64,000 bases of DNA from an uncultured virus (IMG/VR IMGVR_UViG_3300025889_000100). Lineage: Duplodnaviria > Heunggongvirae > Uroviricota > Caudoviricetes. Within the stretch, counting starts at the first letter, position 1. Each line of letters starts with the position of its first letter. The notes under the pieces were generated by a model. That model ran no database searches. It had not been told where the DNA came from and was given only the letters and a program-made list of their open reading frames with translations. Positions 19,186 through 28,544 of this stretch are shown here, piece by piece. The stretch lies in IMG/VR virus record IMGVR_UViG_3300025889_000100; one strand, given 5' to 3'. The position numbers and the translations under genes were made by a program.

Positions 19186-19425
19186 ATGAATTGGCAAGAG
19201 GTTCTTAAGAAAGACCCACGACGCACTAAAAAGGCTCGTAAAAAAAGAAAGAAGGCTAAATCTTCACCATATGCAAATCCTAAATTAAGAGCAAGTGTTG
19301 TTCAAGCCGCTAAAAATAAGATATTTGGAGATGGTAAAGGCGGAAACGCTAGAGGCAAATGGTCTGGAAGAAAGGCTCAATGGGCTGCAAGAGAATATAA
19401 AGAGCGTGGAGGGAAATATAAATGA
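19186..19425 (+). CDS. Basic protein with leader (MNWQEVLK); DUF5872-like N-terminal half
   Basis: KGG...GKWSGRKAQ...EYKERGGKY motif. Confidence 0.7.
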   Translation: MNWQEVLKKDPRRTKKARKKRKKAKSSPYANPKLRASVVQAAKNKIFGDGKGGNARGKWSGRKAQWAAREYKERGGKYK

Positions 19426-19730
19426 GTTGGCGAGATATTCTCAAGGCTAAGACCGAAGAACAACAAGATTTAGACGAATGGACTGATGAGGATTGGGGAA
19501 CTAAAACAGAACATAGCGCAAAAGAAAAAGGTAAAACTCCTAGAAAAGTAAAAACAAGAGGCAGATATATGCCTTATAAAACTTATAAGAAAACTCCTAA
19601 AGGCACTTTAAATTATCAAGACAAAAAGAAAAGACAAGGATTAAAGTCTGGTAAAACTGTTACTCCAACTGGTAAAAAATTCAGTCAAAAGAGAAGTCGT
19701 GGAAGAGGATTTACAGGTGATTTAAAATGA
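19422..19730 (+). CDS. Basic protein with leader (MSWRDILK); DUF5872-like C-terminal half
   Basis: QQDLDEWTDEDWGTK...RYMP...KKRQG motif. Confidence 0.7.
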   Translation: MSWRDILKAKTEEQQDLDEWTDEDWGTKTEHSAKEKGKTPRKVKTRGRYMPYKTYKKTPKGTLNYQDKKKRQGLKSGKTVTPTGKKFSQKRSRGRGFTGDLK

Positions 19731-20095
19731 AATGGGAAGAAATTATTAAAAGAAACTGTGGTTGTGGAAAGAATCCTTGTGAAAAATATGGAGAAATACA
19801 GAAAGGTAAAGGAGAAAGGCATTTTTTCATTGAAGGAGAAAAACCTGTTCAATGGGTTGGCCCAACTCATAAACATCCCGATGGTACATTAATGTCAGGA
19901 AAAGAACATACTGATAAAAGTAAAAAACTATATCACTTTTATGACTTAGAAGAGAAATACCTAAAACATTTAAGTAAAGATACAACTGTAATCAAACTTT
20001 CACCAAAGCAAAAGAAAATCGCAGAATTAAAGCCACCAAAGGATAAAATTGATGCTGATGACCTTGCCGAGTTAAGAAGTAGAGAAAACCCTTAA
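19727..20095 (+). CDS. Protein with leader (MKWEEIIK) and small modules (CGCGKNPC; HKHPDGTLMSG; LSPKQKKIA)
   Basis: ORF track; GGTGA RBS. Confidence 0.8.
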   Translation: MKWEEIIKRNCGCGKNPCEKYGEIQKGKGERHFFIEGEKPVQWVGPTHKHPDGTLMSGKEHTDKSKKLYHFYDLEEKYLKHLSKDTTVIKLSPKQKKIAELKPPKDKIDADDLAELRSRENP

Positions 20096-20136
20096 TAGGT
20101 GCATCTATTATAGTCAAATATCGGGAGGCGTAGCGT

Positions 20137-21774
20137 ATGGTGGAAGAGAAACGAAGATTCTCCATTACTAACTTGTTTAGACGTTCTACTCCCAAACCTG
20201 CCGATAGGCAAATTTTTAACATTGGTATTCAAGAAAGAAGAAACCAACAAATGATGACAGCACCAATCATTTATTCAATGGTGCAACAGTCTGTTATTGT
20301 GAGAACTTGTGTTACTCAATTAAAGCAAGAAATCTTCAGAAGAGGATATGTTTGGGAAAAGGCATATGAAGCACTTTGTCAAAGTTGTGGTAAAAAACAT
20401 AAAAAACCTGTTACAGAATGTTCTCGATGTAATTCAACAGAATTGAGATTACCAGACCCAAAACAATTAGAATACATAGAAAAATTCTTAGATAGATACG
20501 TTAATAAATCTGAACAATTATTTATTGATGTTCTTCGAGAACTTGAAGATGATTTGAATACAATGGATGATGCATACATTGTAATGGTAAAGGAATATTT
20601 CTTAGACGGAAACGGTAAAATAAGAATGCATCGAGTTAAAGAATTATATCGGGGCGACCCAGTAACTATGTATATTTATGCTGATGAGAATGGCGTAAGA
20701 GGAACTAAAGGTTTTACTTGCGTAAATCATCGTTCAATTATTGCCACTGAGCCACATGAAATGTGTGAAGCCTGTAATAGTAATTTATTTCCTATTCATT
20801 ATGTAAATAGAGTTGGAGGGGAAGACCAATACTTCTTAGAGGGAGAAGTTCTTCACTTTAGCAAATACAGTCCATCTCGACTTTACGGATTATCTCCGAT
20901 TTTAACTCTCTATAATCATATTATGACATTGATTGCTATGGAGAATTACGTCAATTCATCTTATACAAAGAGCAGAATGCCGAGAGGTTTGTTAGCAGTA
21001 CAGACAAGAAACATGGAGTCTATGCGCTCTTTTTGGAGGTCTGTTAAAGAAAAGATGGAACAAGACCCGCACTTCATTCCTGTCATGGGAATCGAGGCTG
21101 AGAACGGTAAAGGGGCAGTTGAATGGATTAAGTTCATGGATAGTCTGAAAGAGATGGACTACGTTTCAGTGAAGGATGATTTGAGAGATAGAATTTCAGC
21201 ATTCTATGGTGTCAGTAAAGTATTTATGGCTGATAATACTACCAGTGGTGGATTAAACAACGAAGGTATGCAAATTCTTGTAACAAATAGAGCAGTTCAA
21301 ATGGCTCAAAATGTCTACAATAATTATGTATTCCCGTTTTTGGTCAAACAATTCGGTATTACTGATTGGGAATTAAAACTACCACCAAGCGAAGAAGAAG
21401 ATGAAATTGCAGTATTGCGTAAAAGAGAAATTGAAGTTAATATTGCGGCATCAATTAAGAATTTAGGATTTGAAATAGATATGGATGAAGATGGAAACTT
21501 TACCTATACTAAACCAGAACCCGAAGAACCTGAACAAACAGAAGAAGGTGAAGATGTGGAGAAAGACCCATTAGCAGGTTCTAATTTAGACCAAAGAGAT
21601 ATTGATGAACAAAATAGACAATTCGCAGAAGGTGGAAGTAAACCTCAAGAAAATCCACCTGCTACAAGAAATAAGCCATCAATGAGTACTGGCCCAGATA
21701 AAAGATTTCAAGGATTACCTGAAGATGCAGGTAATCAAAACGTAGATAGAAGAAGTGAAAGGAGAGTTGGTTAA
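20137..21774 (+). CDS. Portal protein with Zn-ribbon insertions
   Basis: YGLSPIL, PRGLL and RISAFYGVSK portal-type segments; position between terL and the protease; CxxC pairs. Confidence 0.9.
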   Translation: MVEEKRRFSITNLFRRSTPKPADRQIFNIGIQERRNQQMMTAPIIYSMVQQSVIVRTCVTQLKQEIFRRGYVWEKAYEALCQSCGKKHKKPVTECSRCNSTELRLPDPKQLEYIEKFLDRYVNKSEQLFIDVLRELEDDLNTMDDAYIVMVKEYFLDGNGKIRMHRVKELYRGDPVTMYIYADENGVRGTKGFTCVNHRSIIATEPHEMCEACNSNLFPIHYVNRVGGEDQYFLEGEVLHFSKYSPSRLYGLSPILTLYNHIMTLIAMENYVNSSYTKSRMPRGLLAVQTRNMESMRSFWRSVKEKMEQDPHFIPVMGIEAENGKGAVEWIKFMDSLKEMDYVSVKDDLRDRISAFYGVSKVFMADNTTSGGLNNEGMQILVTNRAVQMAQNVYNNYVFPFLVKQFGITDWELKLPPSEEEDEIAVLRKREIEVNIAASIKNLGFEIDMDEDGNFTYTKPEPEEPEQTEEGEDVEKDPLAGSNLDQRDIDEQNRQFAEGGSKPQENPPATRNKPSMSTGPDKRFQGLPEDAGNQNVDRRSERRVG

Positions 21775-21775
21775 T

Positions 21776-22003
21776 ATGAAAGAAGATAACAAACAAAAAG
21801 AAATTAGGCTAAGAAAAGAATTAACAAAGGTAAAGGCGCAAAATGCAAGTGAATCAAGAAAGATTACAAAGAACCGTGATTTTTCTGTTGGTGGCATTCC
21901 ACCAGATACTACGCATAAGCGCACAAATACATCAAATGATGTTCCTGATGCAATTCTCTTGCCATCGAAGCGAAGAGGAAAGAAAGAAAACATTCCATTT
22001 TGA
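21776..22003 (+). CDS. Small hypothetical head-region protein
   Basis: ORF track; start moved to ATG 21776. Confidence 0.7.
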   Translation: MKEDNKQKEIRLRKELTKVKAQNASESRKITKNRDFSVGGIPPDTTHKRTNTSNDVPDAILLPSKRRGKKENIPF

Positions 22004-22013
22004 GGCGATATAA

Positions 22014-24839
22014 GTGTCTTATTCTGAAATTCTTAGAAAGAGAACAGATGATGACCAGCGACAGCAAGATGAGAGAATGTTAGACCAAGCCTCTAAAGAA
22101 CAACAAGATAAAGTTAAAACTGAATTTAGAGATATAAAAAATAAATATGCTAGATTACAAGAATTATATAATGATATTGAGCCAGTTTTAAAAACTATTA
22201 ATTTTACTTTGGGAAGAAGAAACAAAATTCAAAGTTTTTATCGTAATATAGAAATTCAAGATGTAATGTCAAAAAAATCATTTGATTATCTTTTGTCTGA
22301 AATATTTAATATGAAGGATAAAGATGCAGACTATTATCAAAAACAATTGTCTAATTCTATTGGTAGATTTGCTATGAGTACTCCCGATGGCAGTTTTACT
22401 CTTGATGGTACTGATGAATCTACTGTTAGTGTAGGAGAATTAGGTAAAAACTTAAAAGAATTAGCAAACAGTGAAATTGATGGAGTACCTTTTGAAAAAG
22501 CAATTAGTTTTATTTATAGAAAAACTTTTGGTCAGCAACTAATTAGAAGTAGAGAAGAGTTGCGTGAAAAAAGACAGAATTTAAAAGATATGAAAAAACT
22601 TGTTGGTGAAATTGGAAAAACAAGAAGAACAGGTAGAAGATTACCTAAAGATTTTAAAGATGTTGATATAAGAGCAACTAAAGGCGATACATATGCTCAT
22701 AAAACAGAAAAAGACAAAGATGGCAGACCCAAAGAAATTTCTGAAAAAGAATATAAAAATTTAAATGAAGAACAACAACAAGAATACAAGAGAAAGGATT
22801 ATCTTGAAGGAGATGTTGCAGAATTAGATGATAAGTTTGCAATATCTACTGCTAAGAAATTAGTAGAACAAATTGAAAAGAACTTTGCTCCTACGACTTA
22901 CAAAGGTTTTGAAGAATTTAACCTTCTTGGAGCATTACCAGAAAATCCTGAAGAATACATCAGAAAGAAGTTTAACAATCTAAGAGACACTTTAGAGTCG
23001 GAAATTCAAAGTTTTTTATTAAATACAATAGAAACATCCAAAACAATCAAAAAAGAAAGAAAAGTTAAAATTTTAACATATCTTTCTACATTCACTGATA
23101 GATTTAATATTAGTGAAATCGAAACACAAAGTGTAGATAAAATAGTAGATAAAATAAACTTTGATGATTTAATAGTACAAGCCAAGAAAAATAGACAAGA
23201 GTGGTTAAAACCCAAAAAAAGCGGAAAGGTTTCCAAAGTCATTAAGCAATATGAAAAAGTAGTAAATTCAATAGTTGATAAAAAAATAATGCCGACTAAC
23301 GCAGACCTATTAAGCGATAAAATAAGAAAAAGTAATGAAGAGTCTTCTGATGTGTTAATAAAAGCAATTGCTAAAGTATTTGAAGAAATACCAAAAAGAA
23401 ACGAACTAGAAAAAATTCTTGGAGGTAAAAGTGCTTCACCTCTTGAAAAAGCAACAAGTTTAGTTACAAAGTCGAAAAAGAATTTTGGTAGATTTATGCT
23501 TATGTATAATGCTTTTAATTCTTCGGATATTATAGATTATTATGAAAACTTTCAAGAACAGGTAGATGAACTTCTTTCTAAAATAAAAGAAGAAATTGAA
23601 CTGTTTCCTTCTGGAAAGGAACAAACAGATGCTCTTGTTTCTGTATTAGATGAAGACTTTATAGAAGATTTTTTGAATACAATAAGAGATAATGCGGTGG
23701 AATCCATAGAAGAAGTATTAAGACTTGAAAAGGAAAGATACCTCAACAAAGATAAATATTCTCCCAGTGAATTAAGAAAGAACATTTCTTATTTAAGAGA
23801 AAACATAGAAGATGATGGCATCAAAAAACAATTAGATGATATTCTTGCTTCTGAGGTATTTAGAATGTTTTTATCATCTAGAGTAAAATCACCTGATTCC
23901 AAAGGTAGAAGAGAACAAATTAAAGAGTCATTTGAAAGGACAATTTCTGAATACAAGAAATATGAACTTTCTCAAGATGAAAAAATTAAAAAGGCTAGGA
24001 AACTTCTAAAAGATATGTTTTCTCAACCTAATGATGATGACCCTGAATTTAAACAAAACTCAGAAGTTGCGATTAAAGTTAGAGAATACGAAGAAAAATT
24101 CATTGGAGTATTAGAAGCATACAATGAATTAATTGTAAACAACGATGTTGCTGAGATTGCTACTGTTAAAGATACACTTAAGCAACTAAGTATTTTTGTG
24201 AAAGACCCTAGAGAAATTGAACTTAAACCATTAAATGAAAAAATGTTCACCTATGATAAAGAAAAGGTCTTAAGAAAAATTATTACAAAAATTAATGCAA
24301 TTACTGATACTACTGGATTAGTTGGAAGAAAATCATATAGAACAAGTGAAACTGTTTCAGAAAAGAGAATCAATCCAAAAAAGAGATACAACTATTCTCT
24401 TAATTTCTCACAAAAAGTATTCGATACAATGTTCGACAAAGACAACTTTGAAGAACAAATAATTAATCATTTAGAAGGCAAAGTATTCACAACAGGAATA
24501 TTTCCATCACTTAAGCCAACTGCTGATGCTTTAGTTAGACAAGTTAAGGAATTAGTAGAATATGACATTCAAGAAAGAATCCCGTTAGGCCCACTAAGAG
24601 AAGGAGAGGAACGAGATTTAAATTTAAATGAACAAATTAAGGGTGTAATTCGTAGGGCAATCGAAAGAACCAAAGAAGGAATTACAAAATTAGAAAATAA
24701 AAATACTGATGATATAGAAAGGCTATCAAAGGGAGAAGGTATAGAAAGAGCAATAAGAAACGTTATCGCCTCAAGAAATAACCTTATCTCTCAATTTGTA
24801 AAAGACATCGAAGAACTAGAAAAATACATAGGAGAATGA
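22014..24839 (+). CDS. Large charged helical protein (941 aa) with Tyr-variant leader (MSYSEILRK)
   Basis: Long ORF with a GTG start. Confidence 0.85.
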   Translation: MSYSEILRKRTDDDQRQQDERMLDQASKEQQDKVKTEFRDIKNKYARLQELYNDIEPVLKTINFTLGRRNKIQSFYRNIEIQDVMSKKSFDYLLSEIFNMKDKDADYYQKQLSNSIGRFAMSTPDGSFTLDGTDESTVSVGELGKNLKELANSEIDGVPFEKAISFIYRKTFGQQLIRSREELREKRQNLKDMKKLVGEIGKTRRTGRRLPKDFKDVDIRATKGDTYAHKTEKDKDGRPKEISEKEYKNLNEEQQQEYKRKDYLEGDVAELDDKFAISTAKKLVEQIEKNFAPTTYKGFEEFNLLGALPENPEEYIRKKFNNLRDTLESEIQSFLLNTIETSKTIKKERKVKILTYLSTFTDRFNISEIETQSVDKIVDKINFDDLIVQAKKNRQEWLKPKKSGKVSKVIKQYEKVVNSIVDKKIMPTNADLLSDKIRKSNEESSDVLIKAIAKVFEEIPKRNELEKILGGKSASPLEKATSLVTKSKKNFGRFMLMYNAFNSSDIIDYYENFQEQVDELLSKIKEEIELFPSGKEQTDALVSVLDEDFIEDFLNTIRDNAVESIEEVLRLEKERYLNKDKYSPSELRKNISYLRENIEDDGIKKQLDDILASEVFRMFLSSRVKSPDSKGRREQIKESFERTISEYKKYELSQDEKIKKARKLLKDMFSQPNDDDPEFKQNSEVAIKVREYEEKFIGVLEAYNELIVNNDVAEIATVKDTLKQLSIFVKDPREIELKPLNEKMFTYDKEKVLRKIITKINAITDTTGLVGRKSYRTSETVSEKRINPKKRYNYSLNFSQKVFDTMFDKDNFEEQIINHLEGKVFTTGIFPSLKPTADALVRQVKELVEYDIQERIPLGPLREGEERDLNLNEQIKGVIRRAIERTKEGITKLENKNTDDIERLSKGEGIERAIRNVIASRNNLISQFVKDIEELEKYIGE

Positions 24840-25207
24840 ATAAAATGACATGGGATTTTTATGAAACTGGAGAGGAATTTATCCTCAAAGAAAAAGAAGT
24901 AAAGAAAGAACTTTTGGACACATTAAGCCCAAAAGAAAAAAAGCGCATTAAGAAGATTTTACAGTCAGCACAGCCGACTGAATTTTTTGGTCAAGACTTT
25001 ACGAAGTTAGGTGAGTTAGTCGGTGAACTTAAATCATTAAACTTCATTAAATCAGATGACAAACTAAAGAAGAAAATGAAAGGCATGGATGAGCGCAATG
25101 TAGATATAGTAGCCTCCGCATCCAAACTTCGTAAGGAGTATGAATTGCTCTATCGTCAATTGCGAGATTTAATCTATCCTAAAGGTAAAAAGGAGGAAAA
25201 GAAATGA
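24836..25207 (+). CDS. Hypothetical head-region protein
   Basis: ORF track. Confidence 0.75.
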   Translation: MNKMTWDFYETGEEFILKEKEVKKELLDTLSPKEKKRIKKILQSAQPTEFFGQDFTKLGELVGELKSLNFIKSDDKLKKKMKGMDERNVDIVASASKLRKEYELLYRQLRDLIYPKGKKEEKK

Positions 25208-25446
25208 CAGAAGAAAACAAGGTAAGTAACGACATTTTGGCTATATTGAAAGCCCTAACAGATAAAATTGAATCATTAGAGAGAACAGTTTATGCAAAGG
25301 ATAATTTGCTAATGAAATCTGGTCTTGTTGTTTCTGAAAGCCCTACTCCAACAATGGATAATAAGATTGCTTCACCCGTTGGTGATGTAGCAAACATGGA
25401 ATGGTCTGAAATTCACAAAATGGTAGAAAAGGTAGGAGGTCAATAA
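25204..25446 (+). CDS. Mini scaffold-like protein: coiled coil plus C-terminal MEWSEIHKMV
   Basis: C-terminus matches the protease/scaffold C-terminus MDWSDIHKMV. Confidence 0.75.
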   Translation: MTEENKVSNDILAILKALTDKIESLERTVYAKDNLLMKSGLVVSESPTPTMDNKIASPVGDVANMEWSEIHKMVEKVGGQ

Positions 25447-25447
25447 T

Positions 25448-25978
25448 ATGCCCGAAAGAGTAACAAAAGAAGAAAGAATGGTTACTTTAGCCATTGAGAA
25501 AGCAAGAAAGACAATTGAAACATTAAGGGAATCAACTCAAGTTATTCCCGTTGATACAGAAGTAGAAGTTCAAAAGATTAAGCGACCTAAAGTTCAAGAT
25601 GCTTCAAAGATTACAAATCAAACCCAAGACAAAGAAGGTTATGGTTTAGCAGGTGAATCTTTAAAAAAGGCAAAATTTCAAGGGCCACCTAGAAAAAACA
25701 TAGGTAGTAAGTATCAAGATACAGTATTGACAATAAAACTAAAAGATACTGTGCAAAACATTAATAGCATATTAAAGGGGTCAGAATCTATTAATAACAT
25801 TGATGCTTTGAAGAGAATAATTAAACGCGCTCAGAAAGAATTAGATAAAATTGATGAAGTTCTCTTAGATGCGGCAAAATATGGAAAAGGCAACCCCCGA
25901 ACCGTTACTGATAGAACAGATAGTAAAAATTTATCAATAGCAGGTGCTAAATACGACAAAAATAGAAGTTTTGAGTGA
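25448..25978 (+). CDS. Hypothetical head-region protein
   Basis: ORF track; GGAGG RBS. Confidence 0.75.
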   Translation: MPERVTKEERMVTLAIEKARKTIETLRESTQVIPVDTEVEVQKIKRPKVQDASKITNQTQDKEGYGLAGESLKKAKFQGPPRKNIGSKYQDTVLTIKLKDTVQNINSILKGSESINNIDALKRIIKRAQKELDKIDEVLLDAAKYGKGNPRTVTDRTDSKNLSIAGAKYDKNRSFE

Positions 25979-25984
25979 TAATTC

Positions 25985-28498
25985 ATGCCTCTTCTCATTG
26001 AAAAGGATAAGGACTCTTCTGAAAAGATTATACGTCTTTTCGAGAAAACAAGAGTCGCTTATCTATCTGCTCGCACCGACCCCAAAGAATATGGGAATAG
26101 GTGGCGTAAAGCAATTGATGACATTAGAGAACTCTATGAAGAACTCAATGAATTTAGCAAGGAATTAAAACAATTCATACAAGAAGATGAATTAGAAAAC
26201 AAAGAAGCAAAAGACCCAACAAGTAATATCGCTGAAAAGATTTACAACGGTATTAAAGAAATGCGTTTTGGTTCTGAATTAATTGAAGACCCTTTTGCTA
26301 AAAACTTCAAAGGCGATGTTCTTGAAGCATTACTTGAATCTCCAGAAACTATGATTAAATTTGTCCACTATGCTCTAAGGGCTGACAATAAATCCCTACC
26401 AAAAGAGATTTGGAGCATTAAAGATATGCAACCCGACACGATAACTGAGGGTCTAACGGGACTTGACCTAGATGAAGACGATATTGCTCTCTACATTATC
26501 GAACAGTATGGGGATGAAAAAGACTCAAAGAAGGTTGAAAGCAAAGTTAAATCAGCCTTAGAGATGTTAGAAACTTTATTCTTCTCCAAGTATAGTGAAG
26601 AAGAATTCGATGAACTGAAAGACATTGAAGGTATTGAGAAGGCTGAAAAATCAGAAGACGAAAAGGCTGAATCAGACTTCCTTATTCCAAACAAACCTAT
26701 GTATCGAATCTTTGAGATTGACGATATGAAGGAATTAAAAGGTTTTAGTGGAGAATATATTATACAAGAAAAATACGATGGTATGAGAATACAGTTACAT
26801 AAGATAGATGATAACGTAAAGGTATTCTCATACAATGGTAACAATATTTCAGATAAGTGCCAAGAACAAATCAAAGAATTAAAGAAAAAGAAATACGGAG
26901 ATTGCATTCTTGATGCAGAATTGATTCTATTTGATGGAGATGAAGCCCTACATCGGGCCGATACAATTGCACATATCTTTAAAGGTAAATATCCTGATGC
27001 AAAGGTAAGAGCGCACGTTTTTGATATTATGCGACACAACGAACAAAATCTTGTTGAAGAAGAATTAAAAGACAGAATCACTATTCTATTCAACAATTAT
27101 GCATCACATTCCACAGAATCAATAGAGTTCCCTTCAAAGAAAGATACTCGAACTGCTGATAATTTAAAAGATGTTGAAGAATATTCAAAAGAAATTATGG
27201 AGATGCCGACATCAGAAGGAGTAGTAATTAAAGACTCTACATCAACATATTTTATAGGAACAAAAAAGAATCCTAAGTGGATTAAATGGAAGAAGTTTGT
27301 TGATTTAGATTTAGTTGTTCTTGATAAGAAAACTACAAAATCCAATCTCAATTCTTATACTTTAGGCGCAGGGCCAGCAGAAGGAGAAGGTAAATTCTTT
27401 ACTGAAATAGAAGGAAAAACCTACATGAATGTTGGAAAGGCTCTCAATACAAAAATAGAAGTAGACGTTGGAGATATTATTCGAGTTAAGGTTGATGAAG
27501 TCAAAAAGAATGGAGATAGATATACTTTGTTTTCTGCGAAGGTTATTGAAGTTCCTGAAGTTGAATATCCAGATAAACTTGTAACATTAGAGATGCTTTC
27601 ACAAGATACTAAGAAGTCATTAAATTATGACGTAAAGGCATTAGAAAAAGGAATTAGAATCACAGACCACATACACGGTGAAGCAGATATTATTGTAAAA
27701 TCAGATTTAGATGGTTTTACAATTTATGGTTTTGATGAAAGCAATCTAATGTCTAAGAATGCTATAATTGATATGGATATGTGGAAGTCAAAAGTCGAAG
27801 AGATTATGAAGACTAAGCAATCTAAATTGACTCAAATTGTCTTCAATTACCTAAAAAACATGGGTTCAAAAGAACCAAAAGAAATTCACAATTTCCTAAC
27901 AAAGAAACATAGTTCAGTTTATGAGGATATTCTTGAAGGAAAAATGTCAAGAGTCAAAGATTGGTTTGAAAATAGAGATGGCATTGGCTATGATACAAAA
28001 ACCAAAAAACTCTTTGCTGAAGAAGATAAAATTATCAAAGAACCTGAATTACTAAAAGCATATAAAACTCCAGAAAAATATAGAGAAGGGGAGTTTAAAG
28101 TATATCTTAGAAAAGATGATAACCTAAACATTGCCATGAAACTAGATGACGAAACAATCAACTGGTTTGTAAAATTAGAAAGTGATGATAATATATTTGA
28201 TTTGTTTGGTAAAGCAGGTAAATATCCAGCAGAAGTAGCAAAGACTTCTTCAAGAGAAAAGGTAGTTGATTCTGGTTCTGTGAAATTAGGTGTCCAAAAA
28301 GAAGGCTATCATGAATATTTCTTAAATGGTAATAAATTCCAAACTAAAATTCACTTTAGAGTTGTAGAGAGTAAAGGTGATAAAATGTGGATTGCTTGGA
28401 CTGGCTACAAACAAGAACCTGCTGACGACGATGAGGACAAGGGATTGTGGAATATCTATGAAGATAGGTATAACTCCTTGACCATACCGACTGAATAA
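25985..28498 (+). CDS. lig: ATP-dependent DNA ligase with extra N- and C-terminal domains
   Basis: Motif I EKYDGMR, III LDAEL, IIIa HVFDI, IV EGVVIK, V KWIKWK; OB domain. Confidence 0.9.
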   Translation: MPLLIEKDKDSSEKIIRLFEKTRVAYLSARTDPKEYGNRWRKAIDDIRELYEELNEFSKELKQFIQEDELENKEAKDPTSNIAEKIYNGIKEMRFGSELIEDPFAKNFKGDVLEALLESPETMIKFVHYALRADNKSLPKEIWSIKDMQPDTITEGLTGLDLDEDDIALYIIEQYGDEKDSKKVESKVKSALEMLETLFFSKYSEEEFDELKDIEGIEKAEKSEDEKAESDFLIPNKPMYRIFEIDDMKELKGFSGEYIIQEKYDGMRIQLHKIDDNVKVFSYNGNNISDKCQEQIKELKKKKYGDCILDAELILFDGDEALHRADTIAHIFKGKYPDAKVRAHVFDIMRHNEQNLVEEELKDRITILFNNYASHSTESIEFPSKKDTRTADNLKDVEEYSKEIMEMPTSEGVVIKDSTSTYFIGTKKNPKWIKWKKFVDLDLVVLDKKTTKSNLNSYTLGAGPAEGEGKFFTEIEGKTYMNVGKALNTKIEVDVGDIIRVKVDEVKKNGDRYTLFSAKVIEVPEVEYPDKLVTLEMLSQDTKKSLNYDVKALEKGIRITDHIHGEADIIVKSDLDGFTIYGFDESNLMSKNAIIDMDMWKSKVEEIMKTKQSKLTQIVFNYLKNMGSKEPKEIHNFLTKKHSSVYEDILEGKMSRVKDWFENRDGIGYDTKTKKLFAEEDKIIKEPELLKAYKTPEKYREGEFKVYLRKDDNLNIAMKLDDETINWFVKLESDDNIFDLFGKAGKYPAEVAKTSSREKVVDSGSVKLGVQKEGYHEYFLNGNKFQTKIHFRVVESKGDKMWIAWTGYKQEPADDDEDKGLWNIYEDRYNSLTIPTE

Positions 28499-28544
28499 TG
28501 CGTGGGTATTATATACTCAAATCAGATAAACTGGTTTGAACGAC

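Noticed and set aside
18840..19845. 18-bp repeat CATTGAAGGAGAAAAACC (18840-18857, 19828-19845) encoding IEGEKP in two genes
   Set aside because: A real match, but A/G-rich, internal to genes and not at cassette borders; no function can be supported.
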